Shown: piece after piece, positions 19,029 to 28,927 of the stretch | How the letters are laid out: the number at the start of each line of letters is the position of its first letter | How positions within the stretch are numbered: position 1 is the stretch's first letter | NCBI GenBank assembly: GCA_019057865.1 | Contig: JAHLWP010000014.1 | Span: 23,462 to 87,461, forward strand | Length of the DNA: 64,000 nucleotides | Direction: 5' to 3' | DNA from: Promethearchaeota archaeon | Lineage (GTDB): Archaea; Asgardarchaeota; Lokiarchaeia; Sigyniarchaeales; SOKP01 | The notes under the pieces: model-generated | Seen by the model: only the letters and a program-made list of their open reading frames with translations | Database searches by the model: none | Told to the model about the DNA's origin: nothing | Made by a program: the position numbers and the translations under genes

Positions 19029-21440
19029 TTATTGAGCAAAAGATATTAAATCTTTTTGAGTGGATTTCTTGTTATAATCAGATGTCAATAGTTCTTCAAG
19101 CTCGGGGAACTCGAATGGGAAGATGTTCTCGAAAGCTCTTTTTAACAATTCAACATATTTTTTTCGATCATATTCGTGCCTTGTATCAGCATATAGATCT
19201 GAGAGGATGACTTTTTTTTCAGGAAAGTTAGGATCTGCATCGGCGTTAAGAATAATATATCTCACGTTTTTTCCAGCAGATGCTACAAAGCCAGATCGTT
19301 CTAATTGTCTTGCGGCAACTGCTTGGTAGGAATTTACCTTATATTGGGAAGGTTTCCGAGATATTTTTTGCCGTATTGTAAGCTCATCTCTAGATACCCG
19401 ACCTGAATATACTCTGTCTACATATTCATAGAGCTTTTTCTTTGCTTTTGGGATTCTTTCCATGAACTCCTCAACAGTCTCAGCACCTTGAAATACATCA
19501 ATAAATGCATATTGAGCATCCTTTACGATTTTTGGAATATCTCTACGTCTAACCTCAATACCTCTCACCTTTACTTCACCATCACTTTTTATCCCCCAAT
19601 AATGGCTAAGCGCGGGAACATCTCGCTCTGCTCGAGAAGGAAGAAAGACAATGTTATTAAATCTCCCATCCCAACTCATAGGAATTCCTATCTTTTCTGT
19701 TATTTCTTCAGCAATCTTTTGAGTAAGTTTATCGAATTCCTCCGGTGATCTTCCTTTCGTATCTTGAAGCCACATTGAATCAACAATTCCATGAACGACT
19801 TTGCAACCATGTTCTTTGGCAATCTCGGCAGAGCGCATAAGGAATTCTCGAGCAAAGGCGCAGACCGCTTGATGGGCTTCAATTTTACCAAAACGAGCAT
19901 TCTTGAAGCCTAAGTATCCAAAACTTACTACAAGCACCCATTTTAGTGCGATATCTGTAAATTTATATCGAAGGTCATCATGTGTTTTATTGTATTCTTT
20001 GTATTCCAACCTTTTTCTTAACGGTAAGCTAATCGACTTTGAAATAATTCCTTCTCTCTTGGAACAGATGTGAAAGTTCAATCCTGGCACTTTTATACCT
20101 GTACCATCGTCTTTACAACATTTGCAATTTAGGGTCTCTGAAGAAATATTGAAATTTGCCATTAAAGAGGGATACATAGAGGAGAAATCTAATTCTACCA
20201 CTTGATCAAAAATTCCAATAAGAGGCTCAAAAATGTGTCCACCTCTGTCGCTCACGATAAGTTCCATACCTGTCTTAAAATCTTCAGGACTCTTTTTGAA
20301 GGGAGGAATTAAATGATCAAGCTTATACGCATTGTAAAATTGTATTGACTGAAGTGCCCCCCCAATTGTCACTCGACACAATCTTTGAAGTGGCACCCGT
20401 GAAACGCGAGCAACTTCAATCACTCCAGGGATGTTTCCCTCACTAAAATGTAAACTACCGTATGCAGTTGTATCTAAGTGAAATCGACCAGTAAAATACA
20501 CTTGAGTTTTTGACCGGCGCATTATTATTCCGTAAGACATATAGTGGTCTGATCCACCGGAAAGTTCGAAAATGCAATTTTTTAATGGCGTTTTTGTGCG
20601 GGAAAAGTAAAGATGTCTTGATACACGATTGATGGATGCTCGTGCTGCTAAATAGGGAAATACAAATTCGTCTCCTCCGTGAGTAAGAATAATGTCTGGA
20701 TCCAACCTCTCGATTACTTTGCTAATTATTTTTAACTTATCTGCTTCATCCGCTCTATTAATGAGAAATTTTCTTTTTTTCTGCCCATCTGCCCTTGGGA
20801 TGTTACTGTTTTCATCCTTTTCGACAATGCTGATTTCTGCATATTCAAGAGGGTCATTATAATAAGGTCTTAACCCTTTTTGTTGGACTTTAATATCTAA
20901 CCATACAGCCTTTAGAGGGGGTAAATCGTAAAATAGCTCCTCGTTATCATCTTTTAACACTAATGCCACTAACTTTATCGTATTCCTGTTGCTGTTTTTG
21001 TCCTTTACAACTTTTGTCCTGAAATTACAAAGAGACATTGGAAATAAATCGTTCACGTAAAAATACATCTGTGAGATTGGAAGATCCGTATTATATAATA
21101 TAAAAAGACCTATTTCGTTAATTTCTTGAATTGTTTTTTTGAATACCGAGGGTTTAGCAACTGAAACTCCTAAGATTTTTCTCTTCTTATGATCTTCCAG
21201 CCTGACATATTTTTCACACACTCTCACACTTTTTACATTTGGGTGGCCCTCTAGGATTTTTTTAAATCTTTTTAAGTCAGAGCCTGTTTTTTTCCTTGGG
21301 ACCGCGAAAAACTCAGGATGAAACTCATCAAGTATTTCTAGAATTTTTTGCTCATTCACGGTTTTAACCCAAAGAATAACTCCCTCTCCATATGTAGAAA
21401 CATCTAAAAGCCATCCATCAAATTGATCTTGCTGATCCAA
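19029..21440 (-). CDS. polB2: Family B DNA polymerase, PolB2 subfamily
   Basis: DFSSMYPS (motif A), KWVLVVSFGYLG (motif B), HGIVDS in place of YGDTDS (PolB2 signature); degenerate exonuclease domain. Confidence 0.9.
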   Translation of the reverse strand: MDQQDQFDGWLLDVSTYGEGVILWVKTVNEQKILEILDEFHPEFFAVPRKKTGSDLKRFKKILEGHPNVKSVRVCEKYVRLEDHKKRKILGVSVAKPSVFKKTIQEINEIGLFILYNTDLPISQMYFYVNDLFPMSLCNFRTKVVKDKNSNRNTIKLVALVLKDDNEELFYDLPPLKAVWLDIKVQQKGLRPYYNDPLEYAEISIVEKDENSNIPRADGQKKRKFLINRADEADKLKIISKVIERLDPDIILTHGGDEFVFPYLAARASINRVSRHLYFSRTKTPLKNCIFELSGGSDHYMSYGIIMRRSKTQVYFTGRFHLDTTAYGSLHFSEGNIPGVIEVARVSRVPLQRLCRVTIGGALQSIQFYNAYKLDHLIPPFKKSPEDFKTGMELIVSDRGGHIFEPLIGIFDQVVELDFSSMYPSLMANFNISSETLNCKCCKDDGTGIKVPGLNFHICSKREGIISKSISLPLRKRLEYKEYNKTHDDLRYKFTDIALKWVLVVSFGYLGFKNARFGKIEAHQAVCAFAREFLMRSAEIAKEHGCKVVHGIVDSMWLQDTKGRSPEEFDKLTQKIAEEITEKIGIPMSWDGRFNNIVFLPSRAERDVPALSHYWGIKSDGEVKVRGIEVRRRDIPKIVKDAQYAFIDVFQGAETVEEFMERIPKAKKKLYEYVDRVYSGRVSRDELTIRQKISRKPSQYKVNSYQAVAARQLERSGFVASAGKNVRYIILNADADPNFPEKKVILSDLYADTRHEYDRKKYVELLKRAFENIFPFEFPELEELLTSDYNKKSTQKDLISFAQ

Positions 21441-21456
21441 TTTTATCCTTTTCCTT

Positions 21457-21714
21457 TCACTTTTTTTCTAATTCCTGTACTCTTTTTTCTAAGCTTTCAA
21501 TCCTTTTCTCTTGTTCAATCGCAAAAGAAATGAAAAGTATTTCGGAAAGCATCGGACGAGCACTTAGACTACCAGCATCGGCATGTATTCGTGCAAAATT
21601 CATTAATTTGTCAAATATTTTCTGATCTTCTGGTCTAAGTGCTCTTTTAAAGTCTTTCCAGCTTTCAATCTCATGCTCTAATGCAGGTCTAAAAGAGGGG
21701 ACTGTTCTACCCAT
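21457..21714 (-). CDS. PolB2-associated small helical protein (arCOG07300-like)
   Basis: MGRTVPSFR...W..F.RALR..D...FD.L signature; lies directly upstream of polB2. Confidence 0.85.
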   Translation of the reverse strand: MGRTVPSFRPALEHEIESWKDFKRALRPEDQKIFDKLMNFARIHADAGSLSARPMLSEILFISFAIEQEKRIESLEKRVQELEKK

Positions 21715-21878
21715 AATAAAACAACCATGAGAAGAAATTCTTTGTAAAATTTAAAAAAAAGTACATTGAAGATTTATCGATTTCTATATATCGTTGACTC
21801 AATTTTTAAACCATTAGATAACACTAATTCTTTTAAATTTAGCTAAATTTTTTTATTTCCCTTAATTAAATAATTATT

Positions 21879-24467
21879 ATGTTTATTTATTTGGAGAATT
21901 TAATTGAATCCGAAGATAACACGAAAGAAATATTTCTAATTCCTTACCCTCGCTATCTTAAATTAAAAAATTTTCAAAAAATAAAGGTTACTGAACATAC
22001 TAAATTATTTACAGACCTAAAAGAAGATTTTTTATTAATTATAGAACAATTTCAAGAGAAATTGAAATTTCTTGGGTTAAAAAACAAGTTAGAAATTCAA
22101 AAAGTAAGGGATTTTAGTAAATTTCCAAATATAGAGTTAGTTATTAAAAAATTCAGAAGCAGTTTTCCAGAAGAACTTTATAATAAAATAGTAAATGAAA
22201 AAATTTATATTCAACAAGGATATTTTTTAGTTTCAGAAGGATCTGAACTTTATTTAGAAGCTTCTACACCTCAAGGGATGTTTTATGGGATTCAAACCTT
22301 AATTCAATTGTTGAATTCAAGTCAAGACAAATTATCATTAAATGAATTAAGAATAATAGATTTTCCCGCTTTAAAAATCAGAGGAGTATCAGATGATATC
22401 TCAAGAGGACAAGCACCTACTATTAAAAATTTGAAGAAATTTGTCGAAGAATTAAGCCATTATAAAGTAAATCAATATTATTTAGTCTATATGCAAGATA
22501 TGTTTAAATTTACAAACCATCCTGAAATCGGAAAAGAACGGGGGGCATATTCAAAAGAAGATATAATAAAATTACAAAATTTTGCAAAGGAACATTTTAT
22601 AGAAATAATTCCAATTTTCCAAACCATAGGTCATTGGGAAAATATTTTACATCATCCTGATTATTGGAAATATGGAGAGTTTCCTGGTTCGAATAGTTTA
22701 AACATCGTAAATGAAGAAATTTATGATCTTTTAGATGAAATGATTGGTGAATTAAGTGAAGCTTTTAAATCAGAGTATTTTCATATTGGAGCAGATGAGA
22801 GCTGGGATGTTGGGAAAGTAGCTTCAAAAAGCTTTATTGAAAATGTTGGTATTGGAAAAGCTTATCTTAATCATTACAAGAGAGTATACGATATTGTCAA
22901 AAAACATGGTTATAAAAAAGTAATCATATATCATGATATCCTCTATAAGTATAAGGAAGTTCTTGAGGGATTACCAAATGATATGATAATAATGTATTGG
23001 AAATATAATACAAAACAAAAATATCCAATATTAAATAAAATAAAAGAATATGGTTTTCCAATTATAGTTAGTCCATCAATAATGGATTTTAATCGAATTT
23101 TTCCATCGATAGATAAATATGAAAAAAACATTGTAAATTTAATTAAATTTGGTTATGATAGACAAATAATTGGAGAAGTGACTTCAAGTTGGGGAGATTA
23201 TAGAAATAAAGAAATTAGAGAGAATCGATTTTATGGTTTTATTTTTTCTGCCATGGTCGGTTGGAATCCCACAAAAGAAATAAAGATTATAAACTTCTGG
23301 AAAGGTCTTTTTATACATTTTTTTGGAATTATAGATTCTAAATTATTAACTATATTTGGCAAAATTCGGGCAATTCTAGACCGAAAATTATTACATACAA
23401 GTCCTTTATCATATTATAACCATTTTTTTTCGCATCCATATGCTAAGAACAATTCAAAGTATAGAAAAAATATAAAAATTTCTGGATTTGATAATATAAT
23501 TTCTGATATGAATGCTATAATTAAATTATGTGAAGAGTTAGAAGTAGATGTACCTAAAAATGAAGTTAACATCAAAAATCTAGCATTTGTGGCAAAACAT
23601 ATTAGATTTTATTGTAAGAAGCGACTAAACTCAAGATCTTTAGTTCAATTTTCTCCAATTACAAAAAATTATAAGAACCAAAAAATCAAGGAGATTGAAA
23701 ATTTAAAAGATAAACTAATTCTGTTACTAGATGAGTATGAGCACTTATGGCTGAAAAGTGCGAGGATAGAAGGTTTTCAAGCAATTAAAACACGATATTT
23801 ATGGTTAATAAAAATTTATGATGATAAGATCGAACAATTGAAAAATGATGTTAATTGGGAAGATCCTAATATCCCAAGTGAGTTAATTTATTTAGATAAT
23901 AAAGAATTGCATAGAGAGCATACCACGTTTTATCAGAAAATTATAAATATTGATAATAAAGTAGAGCAAGCACATTTGCAGGTCAGTGCTGGTACTTTTG
24001 CTAAACTTTTTATAAATAACTCATATATTGGCCATATAATCACTCGACATTCGCTTAATTATGTAATTTTAGAAAATAATATTCAAATTTTCGATATAAA
24101 AGAATATTTAAAACAAGGTGAAAATAAAATTACAATTGAAAATACCGATTTCATTGGTGGTGTAGGTCCTATAAATGTATATGGTGAAATTGAACTAGCT
24201 AATAAGGAGGCTATTCAAATAAATACAGATAAAACGTGGTTAGCTACAAGAGAAATCAATAAACAATGGAGTAATGTGAATAGTTTTGGCAAACCTCCTA
24301 AAGCTACAGGAGGTTTATATTATCCAAATTTTACTGAAAATTTGCACTCAAAAGAAACTGACTCAATGGCATTTTTAAATACAATCGCTAGTAGAAAGTC
24401 TAAAAAATTCTTTTGGATACTAAAATTAGTCTTTAAACTCTTTTATCGTTATGATATTTTAGAATAA
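21879..24467 (+). CDS. Glycoside hydrolase family 20 (beta-N-acetylhexosaminidase-like)
   Basis: G.FYG.QTL.QL, D.P....RG...D.SR and catalytic HIGADE; C-terminal beta-sandwich region. Confidence 0.9.
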   Translation: MFIYLENLIESEDNTKEIFLIPYPRYLKLKNFQKIKVTEHTKLFTDLKEDFLLIIEQFQEKLKFLGLKNKLEIQKVRDFSKFPNIELVIKKFRSSFPEELYNKIVNEKIYIQQGYFLVSEGSELYLEASTPQGMFYGIQTLIQLLNSSQDKLSLNELRIIDFPALKIRGVSDDISRGQAPTIKNLKKFVEELSHYKVNQYYLVYMQDMFKFTNHPEIGKERGAYSKEDIIKLQNFAKEHFIEIIPIFQTIGHWENILHHPDYWKYGEFPGSNSLNIVNEEIYDLLDEMIGELSEAFKSEYFHIGADESWDVGKVASKSFIENVGIGKAYLNHYKRVYDIVKKHGYKKVIIYHDILYKYKEVLEGLPNDMIIMYWKYNTKQKYPILNKIKEYGFPIIVSPSIMDFNRIFPSIDKYEKNIVNLIKFGYDRQIIGEVTSSWGDYRNKEIRENRFYGFIFSAMVGWNPTKEIKIINFWKGLFIHFFGIIDSKLLTIFGKIRAILDRKLLHTSPLSYYNHFFSHPYAKNNSKYRKNIKISGFDNIISDMNAIIKLCEELEVDVPKNEVNIKNLAFVAKHIRFYCKKRLNSRSLVQFSPITKNYKNQKIKEIENLKDKLILLLDEYEHLWLKSARIEGFQAIKTRYLWLIKIYDDKIEQLKNDVNWEDPNIPSELIYLDNKELHREHTTFYQKIINIDNKVEQAHLQVSAGTFAKLFINNSYIGHIITRHSLNYVILENNIQIFDIKEYLKQGENKITIENTDFIGGVGPINVYGEIELANKEAIQINTDKTWLATREINKQWSNVNSFGKPPKATGGLYYPNFTENLHSKETDSMAFLNTIASRKSKKFFWILKLVFKLFYRYDILE

Positions 24468-24525
24468 GATTTAGTTAAATTAATTATGAAATTAAAGAGA
24501 AAAAATTTGAAATTAGGTATAGTTT

Positions 24526-24942
24526 ATGACTGAAGAATTAAAAAAATGGCACGCTCCTTGTGGAATCTATTGTAAAAGATGTCCTGGTATAAAAGCGTTT
24601 AACTGTAAAGGATGCCGAGAGCAAAAGGGTCAAATACTTAAGTTCCCGGTATGTAAAACATATGAATGCGTTACTAGTAAGGGATATGAATTCTGTTATG
24701 AGTGTGAGGATTTCCCCTGTGAGATGCTCCAGCCAATTGTTAATTTTGAAATTTTTGCTCCTCATAACTCTAAAGTGTATAATTCAGTTATGATACAAAA
24801 AATTGGATTAGAAGAATGGAATAAAATATGTGAAGAAAAATCTACTCTTTATTACCAAGGAAAAAAAATACAATATGGCGGCGATCCCCTTACTCTTGAA
24901 AAAAAAGACAGTAATATGTATAAAAAAAAGAAAAAAGACTAA
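24526..24942 (+). CDS. Cys-rich DUF3795-like protein
   Basis: APCGIYCKRC...CKGC...C...C...FCYECEDFPC pattern. Confidence 0.8.
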   Translation: MTEELKKWHAPCGIYCKRCPGIKAFNCKGCREQKGQILKFPVCKTYECVTSKGYEFCYECEDFPCEMLQPIVNFEIFAPHNSKVYNSVMIQKIGLEEWNKICEEKSTLYYQGKKIQYGGDPLTLEKKDSNMYKKKKKD

Positions 24943-25760
24943 AACCACACATCTAAAGTCATATTTCTTAAAGGAACTTTCTTCTTTGGTTCACGAGGCT
25001 TCCATCTTAATAACCGATTTTCTGGCAAGTATGGATGCTGAACGAGGGTGTATTCTACAAATCGCTCATCATCTCTTATCAGTACTAGCACCTTCCCAAA
25101 ATGAGAAAGTATCTTTCCCCCTTTAGGCCTGAAAAGGGAGTATTCACTTAAAGGTGTAGTTATAATAATTAAGGGATTTGTTTTTGAGAGCATTCTTTTA
25201 ATTCCGTCTATTGTCCTTAGTAAGTCTTCGAAAGTTTGTTTTTCATAATTTGGCCATAATTTAGTTATCCCCGAGATTAACACAACTTTAATATTTTCAA
25301 GTTTATCAAGTCGATTCTCTAAGATCTCAACCAGTTGATCCCAAGTAAAAGCGCGTGAAATCAGTATGTTTTCTAAAACTTTCCTAGGTGATAAATTTTG
25401 TGAAACGGCAAACTTACTTATATTATAAGGATTAAATCGATTGTTGACATCAACATAAGCAACTTTAATATCATCTCCAAGCCCTCCATTGTTAAATGAT
25501 TTTTGAGCAATAACAGAGGTTGTTAACAAAATGTTAGATGTAATTTTCTTATCTCCATAGAGTAGATAAATTAAATCTCGGTGAAAACCCCCAGAAAGTA
25601 ATTCATCTAACGTCTTATCTCCACTTGAAACGAGTGGAAAACGAGTATTCTTTTTGTATACCTTGAATCCTGAATTAAACGTCATCATATTAAGTAACAT
25701 TTCTTCAAAATAAAACACGAATACACCGACAATTTTTTGAAAAGTGCCCATTTTATTCAT
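24939..25760 (-). CDS. Inactive RadA/RecA-like protein (PolB2 module partner); start may be ~20 codons later
   Basis: SSGDKTLDELLSGG, YVD.NNRFNPY and ISRAFT motifs; the Walker A GKT is missing. Confidence 0.8.
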   Translation of the reverse strand: MNKMGTFQKIVGVFVFYFEEMLLNMMTFNSGFKVYKKNTRFPLVSSGDKTLDELLSGGFHRDLIYLLYGDKKITSNILLTTSVIAQKSFNNGGLGDDIKVAYVDVNNRFNPYNISKFAVSQNLSPRKVLENILISRAFTWDQLVEILENRLDKLENIKVVLISGITKLWPNYEKQTFEDLLRTIDGIKRMLSKTNPLIIITTPLSEYSLFRPKGGKILSHFGKVLVLIRDDERFVEYTLVQHPYLPENRLLRWKPREPKKKVPLRNMTLDVWF

Positions 25761-25937
25761 AGTTAAGTAATAATGTTTCCTTTCTCAAGAAAAAATGTTC
25801 TTTTAAGAGTAAAACTCTTTCATGGAGACAGGGAGAGGAGAGTAAAAGTAAAAGTAAACAAATCCAAACTTGAATAGTTTTGAATTGCCGACAAAAATAG
25901 AGAGAAAATAATCAAGATCAATATGTTCATTTATGAT

Positions 25938-26735
25938 TTATTTGTTCTTAACAAGATCTACAACCTTGGGGAGAACTTCGCCTATTTTTTCATGAATTAC
26001 AACTTCAGCTGATCCATCCATTTCTGTTTCTTGAATATTGATAATAGCTAATTTTGCTCCTTGTGAAAGAGCTTTATGAGGATAAAAAGCTGCGGGATAT
26101 ACAACAAGTGAACTCCCTAAAACAATCATTAAATCACAGTTCAAAATCATTAGATCTGCTGCAAATAATGTCTCAGATTCTAATGGTTCTCCAAAAAATA
26201 TTGCATTAGGTTTTAATAATCCATTACAAACCTCACATGAAGGAACTTTCCTTTCTTTGAGAAATTGATTTATCATTGTTGTAATTGGATAGACTTTCTT
26301 ACACCTCATACATTTGGCTTCATTTACAGTCCCATGTAATTCTATGATATTTTTAGTCTTCGCCTTATGATGTAGGCCGTCTATATTCTGGGTGAGAACT
26401 CCCTTTAATTTCCCTAATTTCTGTAATTTAGTTAAAGCCTTATGACCTCTGTTAGGTCTAGCCTTAAAAATCTGTAACCCCATTTCCAACATAAAGTCTA
26501 AATTCTTACCAGTGTCCGCGACATATGAATGAATAGAGGCAAATTCATTGGGATCTACTTTAGTCCATAATCCTGATTCAGGACTTCTAAAATCAGCAAT
26601 TCCACTCTCGGTACTCATACCTGCACCTGTTAATGCTACGATATCCTTTGAGTCTAAAATTAGTTGAACAAGAGTTTCAATTTTTTCCTCCAAACTCTTC
26701 ATACCAAAAATGCTCCAAAAAAGTAAATAAAACAA
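25938..26735 (-). CDS. cobB: Sir2-family NAD-dependent protein deacylase
   Basis: GAGMSTESGIADFRS, TQNIDGLH, ELHG, CxxC-CxxC, GSSL.VYPAA. Confidence 0.95.
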   Translation of the reverse strand: MFYLLFWSIFGMKSLEEKIETLVQLILDSKDIVALTGAGMSTESGIADFRSPESGLWTKVDPNEFASIHSYVADTGKNLDFMLEMGLQIFKARPNRGHKALTKLQKLGKLKGVLTQNIDGLHHKAKTKNIIELHGTVNEAKCMRCKKVYPITTMINQFLKERKVPSCEVCNGLLKPNAIFFGEPLESETLFAADLMILNCDLMIVLGSSLVVYPAAFYPHKALSQGAKLAIINIQETEMDGSAEVVIHEKIGEVLPKVVDLVKNK

Positions 26736-26871
26736 AAAAAATTAATAACTATTATTTTTATTTATTGAATATAATATAATAATATAATGAATATATCAGT
26801 TAATAAACCATAAATTAAGAACATTAAATCATTCAATGAAAATTAGCTCTTGATTAACCAAATAAACCCAA

Positions 26872-27435
26872 ATGGTGAATAAATTAACCCAAATAACCAA
26901 ATCATTTATATATAAGGTTTGCGTTTGTGGCGATGGAGGTGTAGGTAAAACCTCCCTTGTTTTGCGTTATTGCGAAAATTCATTTAAAGAAAATTACATA
27001 ATGACCATCGGATCTAACTTCTCGACGAAGACTGTAGAGCTAACTGAGTATCCGGAGTATCAAGTTAAGCTTCAACTATGGGATCTCGCAGGACAAAAGC
27101 ACTTTAGCTTTGTACGTCCAGCATTCTATCGCGGGACTAGTGGTCTTATATATACGTTCGATCTCACCCGACGGAGCTCTTTCTCTAACATTTTAGAATG
27201 GAAGAGTGAAGTAGAAAAGGTAATTGGTCAAGGTAAACCAAGTGTTTTAGTTGGAAATAAAATTGATTTAGCAAATCAAGGGAACAGAGAAGTTGGAGAA
27301 CAAGATGGAATAGCTTTACAATATGAATTAGGAGCAATAGACTATTTTGAGGCAAGTGCTAAAGATGACATTTTGGTTGAACCTGTTTTTAAAGATATCA
27401 CACTCGCAATTCTGAGGGCATCAAGCAAAATTTAA
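26872..27435 (+). CDS. Rab-like small GTPase (eukaryotic signature protein)
   Basis: G1 GDGGVGKTS, G2 TIG, G3 WDLAGQ, G4 NKID, G5 EASAK; no C-terminal Cys prenylation motif. Confidence 0.95.
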   Translation: MVNKLTQITKSFIYKVCVCGDGGVGKTSLVLRYCENSFKENYIMTIGSNFSTKTVELTEYPEYQVKLQLWDLAGQKHFSFVRPAFYRGTSGLIYTFDLTRRSSFSNILEWKSEVEKVIGQGKPSVLVGNKIDLANQGNREVGEQDGIALQYELGAIDYFEASAKDDILVEPVFKDITLAILRASSKI

Positions 27436-27547
27436 AAATTTAATTTGTTATAAACATTAAATTCTTATTTATTAGTTAATTGTTAAATATTAAAAGTTTT
27501 AAATTTCAAAAATATCAAAATAATATAAGGAGATTGATGAGTTAATC

Positions 27548-28267
27548 ATGTTTGGCGGACAAGCGATGAAATATGACCGTGCTCTAACCGTATTTTCACC
27601 TGAGGGGAGATTATTTCAAGTAGAATATGCTCTAGAAGCTGTTAGAAGGGGAACCATAGCAGTTGCAGTAAAATCTGAAGAAGATGTATGCTTAGCGGCT
27701 CAAATTAAAATCCCTTCTGTATTAATGGATGCTGATTCTATTGATAAAATCTTTCAAGTTGATGAGCACATAGGTGTAGCAATCTCTGGATTACATGCTG
27801 ATTCACGTGCTTTAATTAATTATGCAAGGGTCCAAGCACAATCATTTAGATTAACGTATGATGAACCCGCTCGACTTAAAATGCTCGTAAAAACTATTGC
27901 AGATATGAAACAAATCTATACCCAATATGGAGGAATTAGACCTTTTGGATGTGCTCTTTTCTTTATTGGCATAGATGCTGCTGGAACTCAGATATTTACA
28001 ACATCTCCTAGCGGTATTTACCGTTCATTTAAAGCATATGCGCTTGGAAGTGGTGAAGCGCGTGCTCGAGAATACCTTACAGATAACTATAAGCCTGACA
28101 TGTCATTTGAGGAGATCATTGATTTATCATTAAAAGCTCTTAAAGAGTCAATTGATGAGGAAATGACGAAAGAAACTATTCGGCTTGCCTATGTTAGATC
28201 TAAAGATAAAAATTTTATAATGGCAGAGAAGTCAGAAATTGAGCAATATTTAAGCAAACTTCAATAA
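27548..28267 (+). CDS. psmA: Proteasome alpha subunit
   Basis: YDRALTVFSPEGRLFQVEYA signature; RPFG. Confidence 0.96.
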   Translation: MFGGQAMKYDRALTVFSPEGRLFQVEYALEAVRRGTIAVAVKSEEDVCLAAQIKIPSVLMDADSIDKIFQVDEHIGVAISGLHADSRALINYARVQAQSFRLTYDEPARLKMLVKTIADMKQIYTQYGGIRPFGCALFFIGIDAAGTQIFTTSPSGIYRSFKAYALGSGEARAREYLTDNYKPDMSFEEIIDLSLKALKESIDEEMTKETIRLAYVRSKDKNFIMAEKSEIEQYLSKLQ

Positions 28268-28417
28268 GATTTAAATTATAATACTTTTACTAATTATTTG
28301 CTTATTTCTTTTAATATAAAAGATCTTATAAAGTATATTTTTTAATAATAAATTAAAGATAATTGAACAATTTAAAGAGTTTTACTTATTAGAAATTAAG
28401 TGTAATGTGTAAAATAT

Positions 28418-28813
28418 ATGGGGAAAAAAAAGAAAATCCGGGAGCAATTTGATGAAATATTTAGATCTGGAAATGAAAAAGCAATAAAAAAAATATTAGA
28501 AAAAAATCCTTGGTTACTTAATGAAGTTTCACAAAACTTTGATGCTGGAATGTCGGAGCAAAACCAAGCCATTGCTGCTTTAGGTGTAATGGAAGATGAA
28601 TTAGGAGGAGCAGTTCCAATTGATGAAATAGTATTTAGTTTAAGAGTTGATTTTAACATTCGAAAACCAGAGGTAGATGTATTAGAAATTTTAAAAAACA
28701 TTGAAACTCTAAATCTTGTAAAACGTGAATCCAATGGTTGGAGTTTAACATTAGAAGGAGGAAAAATTTGTGATGATTATCTTAATAAAAGTCTTGGAGA
28801 TATTGAATTATAA
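28418..28813 (+). CDS. Hypothetical protein with a C-terminal winged-helix-like segment
   Basis: 131-aa ORF ending L..L..L.LV.....GW.LT..G. Confidence 0.7.
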   Translation: MGKKKKIREQFDEIFRSGNEKAIKKILEKNPWLLNEVSQNFDAGMSEQNQAIAALGVMEDELGGAVPIDEIVFSLRVDFNIRKPEVDVLEILKNIETLNLVKRESNGWSLTLEGGKICDDYLNKSLGDIEL

Positions 28814-28927
28814 TTACTTAAATTTTTATGTTTAATATATGATTTTTAAAATATAACTATATTATTATATTTAATTAAAAGAAGATTTTAAGATAGCAGT
28901 TTCATTTTTAATCCTTTTTAAAAATAG

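Noticed and set aside
19029-21440. Replicative PolB or casposon/viral polymerase
   Set aside because: The HGIVDS motif and arCOG07300-like neighbour indicate PolB2; no TIRs, cas1 or capsid genes nearby
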